This document shows positions 24,507 through 33,812 of a stretch of 40,436 nucleotides of DNA, in pieces; position 1 is the first letter of the stretch, and every line of letters begins with the position of its first letter. The notes beneath the pieces were generated by a model, which worked only from the letters and a program-made list of their open reading frames with translations, was not told where the DNA came from and did no database searches. The stretch is from Candidatus Omnitrophota bacterium (GTDB taxonomy: Bacteria > Omnitrophota > Gorgyraeia > Gygaellales > JAHJCI01): NCBI GenBank assembly GCA_016783355.1, contig JADHWR010000002.1:1-40436 (forward strand), given 5' to 3'. Made by a program: the position numbers and the translations under genes.

Positions 24507-26239
24507 TGCAGGAGCTTAAGGGAATCGCCGCCGCCGCCGGTATTGCTATTGGCCGGGCATTAAAATTAAAATATGAAGATTGGATAATCCTTAAGCAAGA
24601 GGTTAAAGACGCAGAGATTCCTTTTCAGATTCAGCGTTTTGAGGATGCGCTTATTCAAACGCGTAAAGAGATATTGGATTTACAGAAAAAGATTACCCAG
24701 GATTTGGGTGATGATTCTGCGCAGATTTTTGAGGCACACCTTTTGGTTTTAGAAGACCGCATGATTATTGAAGAGGTAATCACCCGTTTAGAAAAGGAAA
24801 AACTCTGTGTCTCTTATCTTTTCTCGGAGGTTTTAAAAAAATATATTGATGTCTTTTCGAAAATCGACGACGATTATATTAGAGAGCGTATCGCAGATAT
24901 TCGTGATGTGGGCAAGCGATTATTGCGCCATCTTTTAGGTAAGGAGAAGAGAATACTTTTTAAGGACATAAAAGAACCGGTGGTTGTGGTTGCTCATGAC
25001 ATTTCCCCTTCGGAGACAGCAGCAATGTACAAAGAAAAGGTCTTGGCCTTTGTTACTGATACAGGAGGTAAAACCTCTCATACGGCAATTATGGCAAAGT
25101 CCTTAGAGATTCCTGCGGTTGTCGGTTTGGGGCAGGCAAGCATAAAGATTAATAACGACGATTTATTAATTGTTGATGGGCTAAAAGGCTTTGTGATTAT
25201 CGATCCAAAAAAGGATGTTTTAGATGTTTATCAGAAACAAAGAAAAGAATTTAATATTGTTTCGCAAAAATACCTCAATGTTAAAGATTTACCTTCTCGG
25301 ACCCTGGATAATTTCAAGGTTAAAATTATGGCTAATATTGAGATGCCGCAGGAGATACCTGCTGTAAAATTACATGGTGCAGAAGGCATTGGTCTTTATC
25401 GCACAGAGTATTTTTACATGAATCGCGAAGACCTGCCTACAGAAGAAGAGCACTACCAGGCTTATAAATTTGTTGCAGAGCAGATGCGGCCATATTCAGT
25501 AGTTATCCGAACACTGGATTTAGGCGGTGATAAGTTCCTTTCACAACTGAATATCCCGGAAGATATGTCACGCTTTTTGGGTTGGCGAGCAATCAGGTTT
25601 TGTTTAGCGCGACCCGATATCTTCAAGGTTCAACTGCGTGCAATCTTACGTGCATCTGTGCACGGAGACCTAAGGATAATGTATCCGATGATTTCCGGAA
25701 TAGAGGAGCTAAGGCAGGCAAATGCAATATTAGATGAGTGCAAAGAAGAGCTGCGCTCTTCGGGTAGCAGTTTTAATCATAACCTTAAGGTGGGCGCAAT
25801 GATTGAGATTCCCTCTGCTGCGATGACTGCAGACATTTTAGCAGAAGAGGTAGATTTCTTTAGCATCGGAACAAATGACCTAATTCAGTATACCTTAGCT
25901 GTTGACCGTGCAAATGAAAAGGTTGCTTATCTCTATGAGCCAGCCCATCCAGCAGTATTGAGAATGGTAAGAAATATTATTGAAGCAGGACACAAGAGGG
26001 GTATCCTGGTTGGTATGTGTGGAGAGATGGCCTCTGACCCGGCGATGGTTTTGGTCATTTTGGGTTTAGGCCTCGATCATTTTAGCATGCCTTCTCTGGT
26101 CGCGCCGCAGATAAAATATATCGTGCGCAATGTAAAAATGGAGGAGGCGCGTTTGATTGCAGAGCACGCTCTAAATTTATCTACTGCCAAAGAGGTGGAA
26201 AGCTTTAGCGAGGGGAGACTAAAGGAGATTCTAAAATGA
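24506..26239 (+). CDS. ptsI: Phosphoenolpyruvate-protein phosphotransferase (PTS Enzyme I)
   Basis: 577 aa. Phospho-His region GGKTSHTAIMAKSLEIPAV and PEP-utilising motif IGTNDLIQYTLAVDR. There is no N-terminal GAF domain. Confidence 0.92.
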   Translation: MQELKGIAAAAGIAIGRALKLKYEDWIILKQEVKDAEIPFQIQRFEDALIQTRKEILDLQKKITQDLGDDSAQIFEAHLLVLEDRMIIEEVITRLEKEKLCVSYLFSEVLKKYIDVFSKIDDDYIRERIADIRDVGKRLLRHLLGKEKRILFKDIKEPVVVVAHDISPSETAAMYKEKVLAFVTDTGGKTSHTAIMAKSLEIPAVVGLGQASIKINNDDLLIVDGLKGFVIIDPKKDVLDVYQKQRKEFNIVSQKYLNVKDLPSRTLDNFKVKIMANIEMPQEIPAVKLHGAEGIGLYRTEYFYMNREDLPTEEEHYQAYKFVAEQMRPYSVVIRTLDLGGDKFLSQLNIPEDMSRFLGWRAIRFCLARPDIFKVQLRAILRASVHGDLRIMYPMISGIEELRQANAILDECKEELRSSGSSFNHNLKVGAMIEIPSAAMTADILAEEVDFFSIGTNDLIQYTLAVDRANEKVAYLYEPAHPAVLRMVRNIIEAGHKRGILVGMCGEMASDPAMVLVILGLGLDHFSMPSLVAPQIKYIVRNVKMEEARLIAEHALNLSTAKEVESFSEGRLKEILK

Positions 26240-27018
26240 TTATTGATTTAGAGAGGTTTTGCGGGTTAGATGTAAAGTTAGAGACAGATGTGCCAAAGCT
26301 TGTCTTTGGCAAGGGTATTAGCTGGAGTAATCCCGCAGTAAGAACGATTGAGCAGATGGAAGAGGTGTTATTAAGTAAAGAAATTTACACGCCCCCGGAA
26401 TTATATTATATGTATCGAGATATCCATAGATTGGATGACTACTCTTTATTAAAAGAGCAGCACCTTCGTTATGACCTGACAGTAATTAAGCCTGATTCTT
26501 TAGGAAAGGAATTTATGAAGACCGCAGGTCACTATCATCCGGATAACTTTCCTGAGTTATATGAGGTAGTAAGCGGTCATGCATTTTGTTTATTGCAAAG
26601 ACCGAATTCTTCTGATTACCGGATTATCGAGGAGGTCATCCTTGTTGAGGCAGTAGAGGCAGAAAAGATCGTCATTCCTCCTGGATTCGGGCATATCCTA
26701 ATTAACCCCGGCCCGGATAATTTAGTTACCGCTAATTGGGTAAGCAGTGAATTTAGTTCGCAATACCAACTGTATAAAAAGGCACAAGGTGCAGTATATT
26801 TCTTTCTGGCCAGTGATAAATTAGAACTGGTAAAAAACTCTCATTTTAGACAGATACCACCGGTAAGATTTGTCAAGCCACAGACTGAGATTCCGAAATT
26901 TGGACTAATTAAAGGCAAGCCCATATATTCCTTGATTAAGGAGGAGGCAGGTGCGCTTTCTTTTCTTAATCATCCCCTTGATTATGATTATGGGGATGTA
27001 TTTGTGGACAAAATATGA
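26236..27018 (+). CDS. Cupin-type glucose-6-phosphate isomerase-like protein
   Basis: 260 aa. Cupin metal motifs TAGHYHP...ELYEVVSGHA...IPPGFGHILINPG, as in archaeal-type cPGI. The function is inferred from family resemblance only. Confidence 0.6.
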   Translation: MIIDLERFCGLDVKLETDVPKLVFGKGISWSNPAVRTIEQMEEVLLSKEIYTPPELYYMYRDIHRLDDYSLLKEQHLRYDLTVIKPDSLGKEFMKTAGHYHPDNFPELYEVVSGHAFCLLQRPNSSDYRIIEEVILVEAVEAEKIVIPPGFGHILINPGPDNLVTANWVSSEFSSQYQLYKKAQGAVYFFLASDKLELVKNSHFRQIPPVRFVKPQTEIPKFGLIKGKPIYSLIKEEAGALSFLNHPLDYDYGDVFVDKI

Positions 27019-27752
27019 AGGCACTTATTTTAGCGGCAGGTTATGGAACAAGACTTTATCCGTATACGCAAAATAGAGCAAAGTCTCTACTTAAGATAGG
27101 CAAAAGACCGATCATCGATTATTTAATTGAAAAGATAGAGAAGATCTACCAAATTCAGAAGATTATCGTCGTCACAAATGACCGTTTTTTTTCTCAGTTC
27201 AAAAGATGGAAGGTCTGCTCAAAAACGAAGAAACAACTACGCATTATTAATGATTTAACGAGAAGCCCCCAAGATCGGCTCGGTGCAATTGGAGATATTG
27301 AGTTTACTTTAGTAAAAGAAGGAAGCGACAATGATCTTTTAGTTTTAGGGGGAGACAACATTTTTGAAGGCAATTTAGCGAGTTTCTTGAGTTTTGCCCG
27401 CAAGAAGAAGCCCTCTGTTTCAATCGGCGTATTTGATATTAAAAACAGAAATCAAGCAAAGGAATTTGGGGTAGTGAGATTGAATCGAAATATGCGCATC
27501 ATCGAGCTTTGGGAAAAACCGAAAAATCCAAAGTCAACTTATGTAGCAATGTGTTTGTATTACTTTCCCAAAGGGAAGCTTCCTTTAATCACGCAGTACT
27601 TAAGCACCTCAGGAGTTCATCGTGATACACTGGGAAGTTATATTCGTTGGCTATTGAGAAAATCTAAGGTTTATGGATTCGAGTTTAAAGGATTCTGGCA
27701 CGACATAGGTCATCACTATACCTATACAAAGGCGAAGGAGATGTTCAAATGA
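27015..27752 (+). CDS. Sugar-1-phosphate nucleotidyltransferase (NTP_transferase family)
   Basis: 245 aa. N-terminal [16 protein letters not shown] signature and LVLGGDNIF. The sugar and nucleotide specificity cannot be read from the sequence. Confidence 0.75.
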   Translation: MKALILAAGYGTRLYPYTQNRAKSLLKIGKRPIIDYLIEKIEKIYQIQKIIVVTNDRFFSQFKRWKVCSKTKKQLRIINDLTRSPQDRLGAIGDIEFTLVKEGSDNDLLVLGGDNIFEGNLASFLSFARKKKPSVSIGVFDIKNRNQAKEFGVVRLNRNMRIIELWEKPKNPKSTYVAMCLYYFPKGKLPLITQYLSTSGVHRDTLGSYIRWLLRKSKVYGFEFKGFWHDIGHHYTYTKAKEMFK

Positions 27753-30118
27753 AGCGTTTTTATACATCTGAGTCGGTAGGAATGGGTCATCCGGATAAAC
27801 TTTGCGATCAAATATCCGATGCAGTCTTAGATGACGTCATCAGGCAGGACCCGAATAGCCGGGTAGCTTGCGAGACTTATATTACGATGGGTTTGGTAAT
27901 TGTGGGTGGAGAGATAACCACGCGTAGTTTTACCGATGTGCATAATATTGTGCGCAATTTAATCAAGGAGGTCGGTTATACTCATCCTAAATATGGCTTT
28001 GATTATGAGACCTGTGCAATCGTTAATGCCGTACATAGTCAATCGCCGGATATTGCTCAGGGAGTAAATAGGGGTGGCGCAGGTGATCAGGGATGTTTAA
28101 AGAAGGGAACGTTGGTAAAAACAGATAAAGGATTTTTACCCATTGAGGAGATTAAGAAGGGAGATTTGGTAGTTACTCCCTATGGTTTGAGAAAAGTATT
28201 AGAAGCAAGAAAAACAGGTGTAAAAAATATAGTTGAGCTTATTTTTTCTAATGGGATGCGCTTAGAGTGTACACCTGAACATAGAGTTTTTTGCTACAGC
28301 AAGGATGGAAAAACTTATTGGCAAGAAGCGTCTAAATTAACTTCAAAGGATTTTGTATGTATTTTGAAATCGAGTGAAATTAGCTCCTCGAAATATATAA
28401 CTTCCAGAGTAGAAAAGAAAGAGTTTTTTACTAAATATAATCATAAGATATATGGACAAGAAGAAGTAATCCTCGATGATGAAATCGCCTATATTGCAGG
28501 GTTGCTTATAGGCGATGGTGCCTGTAATAATAAAATGTTAATGGAAATTTCTTTTGGAAGGGATAGAGGATATGCCTTGAAGGTTAAGAAAATGTTAGAT
28601 AGGAAATTTTCTAATCAATGGAGATTAATACAGGCAAAAGATGGGACATTTAATTTAAAGATAGATTCAGTTTTAGTTAGAAGACATTTTGAAAATTTTG
28701 GAGTAGGATATAATAAAGCTCCGGAAAAAGTAACTCCACAAGCTATTTTTATTTCTCCTAAGAATGTAATAAAAGCCTATCTAAGAGGGCTGTTTGATAG
28801 TGACGGAACCGTTGTCCCTAATACAGGGAGGAAGAAGGAGAATATTAGGGTTAGGTTAGGTTCCACTTCATATAAATTATTAGAAGAAACCCAACTTTTA
28901 CTGAATGATTTTAGAATAAAAAGCTCGATTCTTTTCAATGCTCCTAAAGGAATACCTGTAGGTAAAGACAAAAGATACAAATCTAAGCATGATAGTTTTG
29001 CATTGAGTTTAGCAGGATTTGAGAGCTATCAGAATTTTGGTAAACAGATTGGTTTTTCTCATCCTCAAAAAGCAAAAAGGTTACGCAGGTATTTAGAAGC
29101 TATCCAAACTAAGCCTAAAAATTCACCAAGTATATATCTTCTGCCCCATCCTTACAAAGAAGAGATGATAGGAGAAGAGCTAATAAGTAAGAATTTACCA
29201 TTTGGGATTACTACTGTAAAGACAAAAGTTAAAAAGAGCAAAGCAGAGGTTTATGATTTAGAAATATCTAAGAGGAATGTATTTTCTGCAAATGGAGTGT
29301 TTGTCCATAACTCAATGATTGGTTACGCCTGTTCTGAGAGTCCGGAATTTATGCCTTTACCTATTATGCTTTCCCATAAACTGGTAATGCAGATGGCAAA
29401 GGTGAGAAAGGAAGGTATTTTAAGCTATTTGGGCCCTGATGGCAAATCACAGGTTACCGTGGAATATCATAACGGAAAGCCTGTTTGCGTTGATACTGTA
29501 GTTCTTGCCTGTCAGCATACTGATGAGATTCTTAATAGAAGCGGAGATGCTATTACCCAAAGGGCAAGAAATGAAATTATAGAAGCAATTGCCAAGCCTG
29601 TCTTAAAAGGATGGATTGATAAGGATACCAAATATTTCGTTAATCAAACGGGCAAATTCGTAATTGGCGGACCACAGTCAGATACAGGTATGACTGGTAG
29701 AAAGATTATCGTGGATACTTATGGTGGATGTGTGCCTCATGGGGGTGGCTGCTTTTCAGGCAAAGATCCGACAAAGGTTGACCGCTCTGCTGCTTATATG
29801 GCAAGATATGCTGCCAAGAATATTGTTGCTGCGGGTTTGGCAAAAAGATGCTTGATTCAATTAGCCTATGTAATCGGAAAGGCGCAGCCCCTCTCGATAA
29901 TGGTTGATACATCTGGCACCTCAAGTATTTCCGAGGAGAAAATTGTCAATTTAATCAGAAAGAAATTTGACCTTACGCCAAAGGGAATTATTAAAACCCT
30001 GGATTTGCTAAAGCCGATATACAGAAAAACTGCTTGTTTTGGTCATTTTGGGAGACCAGAATTTAGCTGGGAGAAGTTAGATAAGGTAAAGGAATTGCAG
30101 AATGGACTTCGGGGGTAG
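27749..30118 (+). CDS. metK: S-adenosylmethionine synthetase interrupted by an intein (precursor 789 aa; spliced product about 383 aa)
   Basis: The N-extein has [22 protein letters not shown] and ends in GAGDQG. The C-extein is SMIGYACSE...DTYGG...[19 protein letters not shown]. The exteins together match the length and motifs of normal MetK. Confidence 0.93.
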   Translation: MKRFYTSESVGMGHPDKLCDQISDAVLDDVIRQDPNSRVACETYITMGLVIVGGEITTRSFTDVHNIVRNLIKEVGYTHPKYGFDYETCAIVNAVHSQSPDIAQGVNRGGAGDQGCLKKGTLVKTDKGFLPIEEIKKGDLVVTPYGLRKVLEARKTGVKNIVELIFSNGMRLECTPEHRVFCYSKDGKTYWQEASKLTSKDFVCILKSSEISSSKYITSRVEKKEFFTKYNHKIYGQEEVILDDEIAYIAGLLIGDGACNNKMLMEISFGRDRGYALKVKKMLDRKFSNQWRLIQAKDGTFNLKIDSVLVRRHFENFGVGYNKAPEKVTPQAIFISPKNVIKAYLRGLFDSDGTVVPNTGRKKENIRVRLGSTSYKLLEETQLLLNDFRIKSSILFNAPKGIPVGKDKRYKSKHDSFALSLAGFESYQNFGKQIGFSHPQKAKRLRRYLEAIQTKPKNSPSIYLLPHPYKEEMIGEELISKNLPFGITTVKTKVKKSKAEVYDLEISKRNVFSANGVFVHNSMIGYACSESPEFMPLPIMLSHKLVMQMAKVRKEGILSYLGPDGKSQVTVEYHNGKPVCVDTVVLACQHTDEILNRSGDAITQRARNEIIEAIAKPVLKGWIDKDTKYFVNQTGKFVIGGPQSDTGMTGRKIIVDTYGGCVPHGGGCFSGKDPTKVDRSAAYMARYAAKNIVAAGLAKRCLIQLAYVIGKAQPLSIMVDTSGTSSISEEKIVNLIRKKFDLTPKGIIKTLDLLKPIYRKTACFGHFGRPEFSWEKLDKVKELQNGLRG
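28094..29311 (+). mobile_element. Class 1 intein with LAGLIDADG homing-endonuclease domain, inserted in the MetK GAGDQG|S motif
   Basis: 406 aa. Cys1 ([10 protein letters not shown], block A), TPEH (block B, TxxH), LAGLIDADG motifs [10 protein letters not shown] and [11 protein letters not shown], then VYDLEI (block F) and VFVHN (block G), followed by the +1 Ser. Frame and boundaries were hand-checked (TGT at 28094, AAC at 29309-29311). Confidence 0.9.
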
Positions 30119-30131
30119 ATAAAGGAGGACA

Positions 30132-31391
30132 ATGACTTACGATATCAAAGACATAAAATTAGCCGATAAAGGTAGATTGAGAATAGAATGGGCGGCGGAT
30201 AATATGCCGGTAATGGCTGAGATTGGCCAGCGTTTTCAAAAAGAAAAACCCCTCAAAGGAATAAAGCTTGCTTGTTGTTTACATGTCACAACAGAGACTG
30301 CTGTTTTGATGTATGTTTTAAAAGCAGGAGGAGCAAGCTTAGTTTTGTGCGCCTCCAATCCTTTATCCACACAGGATGATGTTGCGGCAAGTTTAGTTAA
30401 ACACCTGAAAATTCCTGTGTTTGCGATTAAAGGCGAGAAAGATAGCACTTATTATCAGCATCTAAAATCTGTTTTAGCAATTAAACCTGATATTACTATG
30501 GATGATGGCGCAGATTTAGTATCAGCAGTACACCGAAGCCCGAAGCCCGAAGCCCGAAGCCCGATTATGGGCGGCACAGAAGAAACAACAACCGGCGTAA
30601 TTAGATTGCGTGCCCTGGAAAAGGAAGGCAAATTAAGATATCCCCTTATTGCCGTTAATGATGCAGACACAAAGCATCTTTTTGACAATCGTTATGGCAC
30701 AGGTCAGTCAACAATTGATGGGATTCTCAGGGCAACCAATAAGCTGCTTGCGGGCAGCATATTTGTCGTTTGCGGATATGGTTTTTGCGGCCGCGGGGTT
30801 GCCCGGCGCGCGCAGGGGATGGGCGCAAATGTTATTATCTGTGAAACAAATCCTTTATCTGCCCTGGAGGCAGCAATGGATGGTTTAAGGGTTTTGCCTT
30901 TAAGTGAGGCAGCTAAGATTGGAGACATATTTGTTACTGTTACGGGTGATATTAGTGTTTTACGAAAGGAGCATTTCCTGAAAATGAAGGATGGGGCGAT
31001 TTTAGCTAATGCCGGGCATTTTAATGTGGAGATAGATGTTGATTCTTTAAAGAGATTAAGTAAAAGACAAAGGACGATCAGAGAATATGTTGAGCAGTAT
31101 ACCTTGAGAGACGGAAAAAGAATTTATCTATTGGGTGAGGGCCGTTTAATTAATTTAGCTGCTGCTGAGGGTCATCCTGCTCAGGTTATGGATATGAGTT
31201 TTGCCAATCAGGCACTCTGCGCCGAATATATTAAAAACAATTATCAAAGATTAGAAAATAAAGTATATAATGTTCCACGTAAGATTGATAATCTGATTGC
31301 CAGGCTAAAATTAGAATCCTTGGGGATAAAGATAGATTCTCTGACAAAGAAGCAAATTAGTTATTTAGAAAGTTGGCAGTCAGGTACTTAA
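30132..31391 (+). CDS. ahcY: Adenosylhomocysteinase
   Basis: 419 aa. [19 protein letters not shown] and NAD-binding [11 protein letters not shown]. Confidence 0.92.
   Translation: MTYDIKDIKLADKGRLRIEWAADNMPVMAEIGQRFQKEKPLKGIKLACCLHVTTETAVLMYVLKAGGASLVLCASNPLSTQDDVAASLVKHLKIPVFAIKGEKDSTYYQHLKSVLAIKPDITMDDGADLVSAVHRSPKPEARSPIMGGTEETTTGVIRLRALEKEGKLRYPLIAVNDADTKHLFDNRYGTGQSTIDGILRATNKLLAGSIFVVCGYGFCGRGVARRAQGMGANVIICETNPLSALEAAMDGLRVLPLSEAAKIGDIFVTVTGDISVLRKEHFLKMKDGAILANAGHFNVEIDVDSLKRLSKRQRTIREYVEQYTLRDGKRIYLLGEGRLINLAAAEGHPAQVMDMSFANQALCAEYIKNNYQRLENKVYNVPRKIDNLIARLKLESLGIKIDSLTKKQISYLESWQSGT
30533..30564. repeat. Heptanucleotide tandem repeat (gaagccc x4 plus partial units) inside ahcY, in frame
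   Basis: gaagccc repeats at 30535, 30542, 30549 and 30556. It encodes SPKPEARSP immediately upstream of the conserved [10 protein letters not shown]. Confidence 0.9.
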
Positions 31392-31396
31392 AAACC

Positions 31397-31419
31397 TGTC
31401 CCACCTCCGAGGTGGGACA
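31397..31419. terminator. Perfect 23-nt palindrome / stem-loop downstream of ahcY
   Basis: tgtcccacc-tccga-ggtgggaca. An A-run precedes it and no T-run follows on the + strand, so the T-run is on the - strand side. Its function as a + strand intrinsic terminator is therefore uncertain. Confidence 0.35.
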
Positions 31420-31440
31420 AAGGGTGAGACAGAAGATAAA

Positions 31441-32406
31441 ATGGGAATTAAGCGAATTGGCGTGTTAACTAGTGGCGGCGATGCACCGGGGATGAATGCG
31501 GCGATAAGGTCTGTTGTGCGCTATGCTATCTATAATAAACTGGAGGTCATTGGTATCTTTCGTGGCTTTACGGGATTAATTAATGAGGAATTAAAGGAAT
31601 TGAATCATCGTTCGGTTTCCAATATTATTAACCGCGGCGGGACAGTTCTTAAGACTGCGCGTTGCGAAGAATTTAAGACAGAGGCAGGGCAAATGAAGGC
31701 AGTTGAGAGTCTGAGGAAGAATAAGATTGATGCCTTAGTTCTAATTGGCGGAAATGGTACCTATCGAGGGGCTTTGGCACTCGAGAAAAAATGGGATATT
31801 CCCTGCGCGGGAATACCGGGAACAATAGATAATGACATTAGTGAGACAGATTTTACAATCGGTGCAGATACAGCAGTAAATACGGCGTTGGATGCAATTG
31901 ATAAGATTCGCGATACCGCAACATCAATGGAGCGGATTTTCGTTGTGGAGGTAATGGGAAGAGACTCCGGCTATATTACCCTTCAAGTTGCTTTGGCTGG
32001 CGGGGCAGAGGACATATTGATTCCGGAAAGGAGATTTAATCTTGAGGAGATGTGTCATCATATTGTAGAAGGTAATTTACGCGGTAAGATTAGCTGGATA
32101 ATTATTGTTGCTGAAGGAGTAGCGGGAGGTGAGGATATTGCGCGCCAGATTAGTGAGATGACTTCTTTGGAGAGCCGCGCTGTAGTTTTGGGCCATATTC
32201 AAAGAGGCGGTATTCCTACGGCAAAAGATAGGATTTTGGCGACGCGCTTAGGCCAGGCAGCAGTGGATTTGCTTTTAGGAAACTGGCGAAGAAAGGCAGT
32301 AGGATTAGTTTCTGATCAGATTAAGGTAGTAGATTTAGAGGAGGCAATTAAGCCGAAAGAATTAGCAGTTGATAATTTTTACCGCTTGATTAGAATCCTG
32401 ACATAG
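31441..32406 (+). CDS. pfkA: ATP-dependent 6-phosphofructokinase
   Basis: 321 aa. GVLTSGGDAPGMNAAIR, GIPGTIDNDI and VMGRDSGYI. Confidence 0.92.
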   Translation: MGIKRIGVLTSGGDAPGMNAAIRSVVRYAIYNKLEVIGIFRGFTGLINEELKELNHRSVSNIINRGGTVLKTARCEEFKTEAGQMKAVESLRKNKIDALVLIGGNGTYRGALALEKKWDIPCAGIPGTIDNDISETDFTIGADTAVNTALDAIDKIRDTATSMERIFVVEVMGRDSGYITLQVALAGGAEDILIPERRFNLEEMCHHIVEGNLRGKISWIIIVAEGVAGGEDIARQISEMTSLESRAVVLGHIQRGGIPTAKDRILATRLGQAAVDLLLGNWRRKAVGLVSDQIKVVDLEEAIKPKELAVDNFYRLIRILT

Positions 32407-32424
32407 TCAAAGAAAGGGGAGGTA

Positions 32425-33681
32425 ATGGAAGAAAAAACAAATAATTTGTTAGAGAGAGTAAAAGAACTCTCTCTAAGTGACGACATGAAGATAAAGGAAG
32501 AAATAGGCAGAGACTTTTTTGAGCTGGCCAAAAACAAAGGAATATATTCCTCTTCGATTAACGATCTTTATATGGCGCGGGGAAAAAATGAATTTGCGCC
32601 AAATTTTACTGTGCCGGCAATAAATATAAGAACAATGACTTTAGATTTAGCCCGGGCAATATTCAGAGCAGCAAAAAGAATTAATGCCGGCACTTTTATC
32701 TTTGAGATTGCGAAAACAGAGATGGGTTATACTAATCAGCCGCCGATCGAGTATAGTACAAATGTTTTGGCCGCTGCAATATGCGAAAACTGGAGTGGCC
32801 CTGTATTTATCCAGGGAGACCATTTTCAGATGAAGGCGAAGAAGTTTATGGAGAGTTCAGAGAAAGAGATCGAGGCATTAAAGAAAGTAATCTCTGATGC
32901 AATTGAGGCAGGCTTTTACAATATTGATATTGACTCTTCTACGCTTGTAGATTTAAGCAAGCCCGACATAAAGACGCAGCAATATCTAAATTATGATGTC
33001 TGCGCATGGCTCACTAATTTTATCCGTCACAGCCAGCCGCGGGGAATTAAGGTGTCTGTGGGCGGTGAGATTGGCGAGATAGGCCAGAAGAATTCTACTC
33101 CCGAAGAATTAAGAGGATTTATTGAGGGTTATCAGCAGCGTTTGCCCGAAGGTGTAACAGGCCTAAGCAAGATTAGCGTGCAGACAGGAACAAGTCACGG
33201 CGGTGTGGTTTTACCCGACGGTTCTATTGCCGAGGTAGCGATTGACTTCAATACATTAAAGCAGCTTTCGCGCATTGCGCGCAAAGAATTTGGTTTAGCT
33301 GGTGCTGTTCAGCATGGTGCCTCAACATTACCATCTGAGGCCTTTCATAAATTTGTCGAGTGCGAGACAGTCGAGGTTCACTTAGCCACAGACTTTCAGA
33401 ATATGGTTTATGAAAGCAAGCACTTCCCTCAGGATTTAAGAGAAAGGATGTACGATTGGTTAAGAGAGAATCTTGCCGGAGAAAAGAAAGAAGGCCAGAC
33501 TGACGAGCAGTTTATTTATAAAACGCGCAAAAAGGCACTCGGTACATTTAAAAAAGAGATTTTAGGTCTGAAACAAGAAGTTCGCGATGCGATTACGGCA
33601 GAAGTTGAGAAGAAATTTGCTTTTCTTTTTGAGCAATTAAATATTGCTAATACAAAAGATTTGGTTGATAAGTATATTTAA
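32425..33681 (+). CDS. fba: Class II fructose-bisphosphate aldolase family protein (long form)
   Basis: 418 aa. VPAINIRT, FIQGDHF, IDIDSS, QTGTSHGG and VQHGAST are consistent with the F_bP_aldolase family. The exact substrate is inferred. Confidence 0.7.
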   Translation: MEEKTNNLLERVKELSLSDDMKIKEEIGRDFFELAKNKGIYSSSINDLYMARGKNEFAPNFTVPAINIRTMTLDLARAIFRAAKRINAGTFIFEIAKTEMGYTNQPPIEYSTNVLAAAICENWSGPVFIQGDHFQMKAKKFMESSEKEIEALKKVISDAIEAGFYNIDIDSSTLVDLSKPDIKTQQYLNYDVCAWLTNFIRHSQPRGIKVSVGGEIGEIGQKNSTPEELRGFIEGYQQRLPEGVTGLSKISVQTGTSHGGVVLPDGSIAEVAIDFNTLKQLSRIARKEFGLAGAVQHGASTLPSEAFHKFVECETVEVHLATDFQNMVYESKHFPQDLRERMYDWLRENLAGEKKEGQTDEQFIYKTRKKALGTFKKEILGLKQEVRDAITAEVEKKFAFLFEQLNIANTKDLVDKYI

Positions 33682-33803
33682 TGAAGCGCAAAGCGCAAGG
33701 CGTAAAGCGCAAAACTGAAACTAAAAACTCAAAACTTTCTTAAAAAACTTTGAACTTTAGACATTAGTTTTACGCTTTTCGCTTTAGGTTTTATGCTTTT
33801 AAG
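33682..33803. repeat. Heptad-periodic intergenic element, copy A (fba-ilvD spacer)
   Basis: About 17 consecutive 7-nt units (agcgcaa... aactNNN... actttNN... ttttacg, cttttcg...). The ends are imperfect inverted heptad arrays. It is the reverse complement of copy B at 38611-38716. Confidence 0.9.
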
Positions 33804-33812
33804 GAGGTACTG

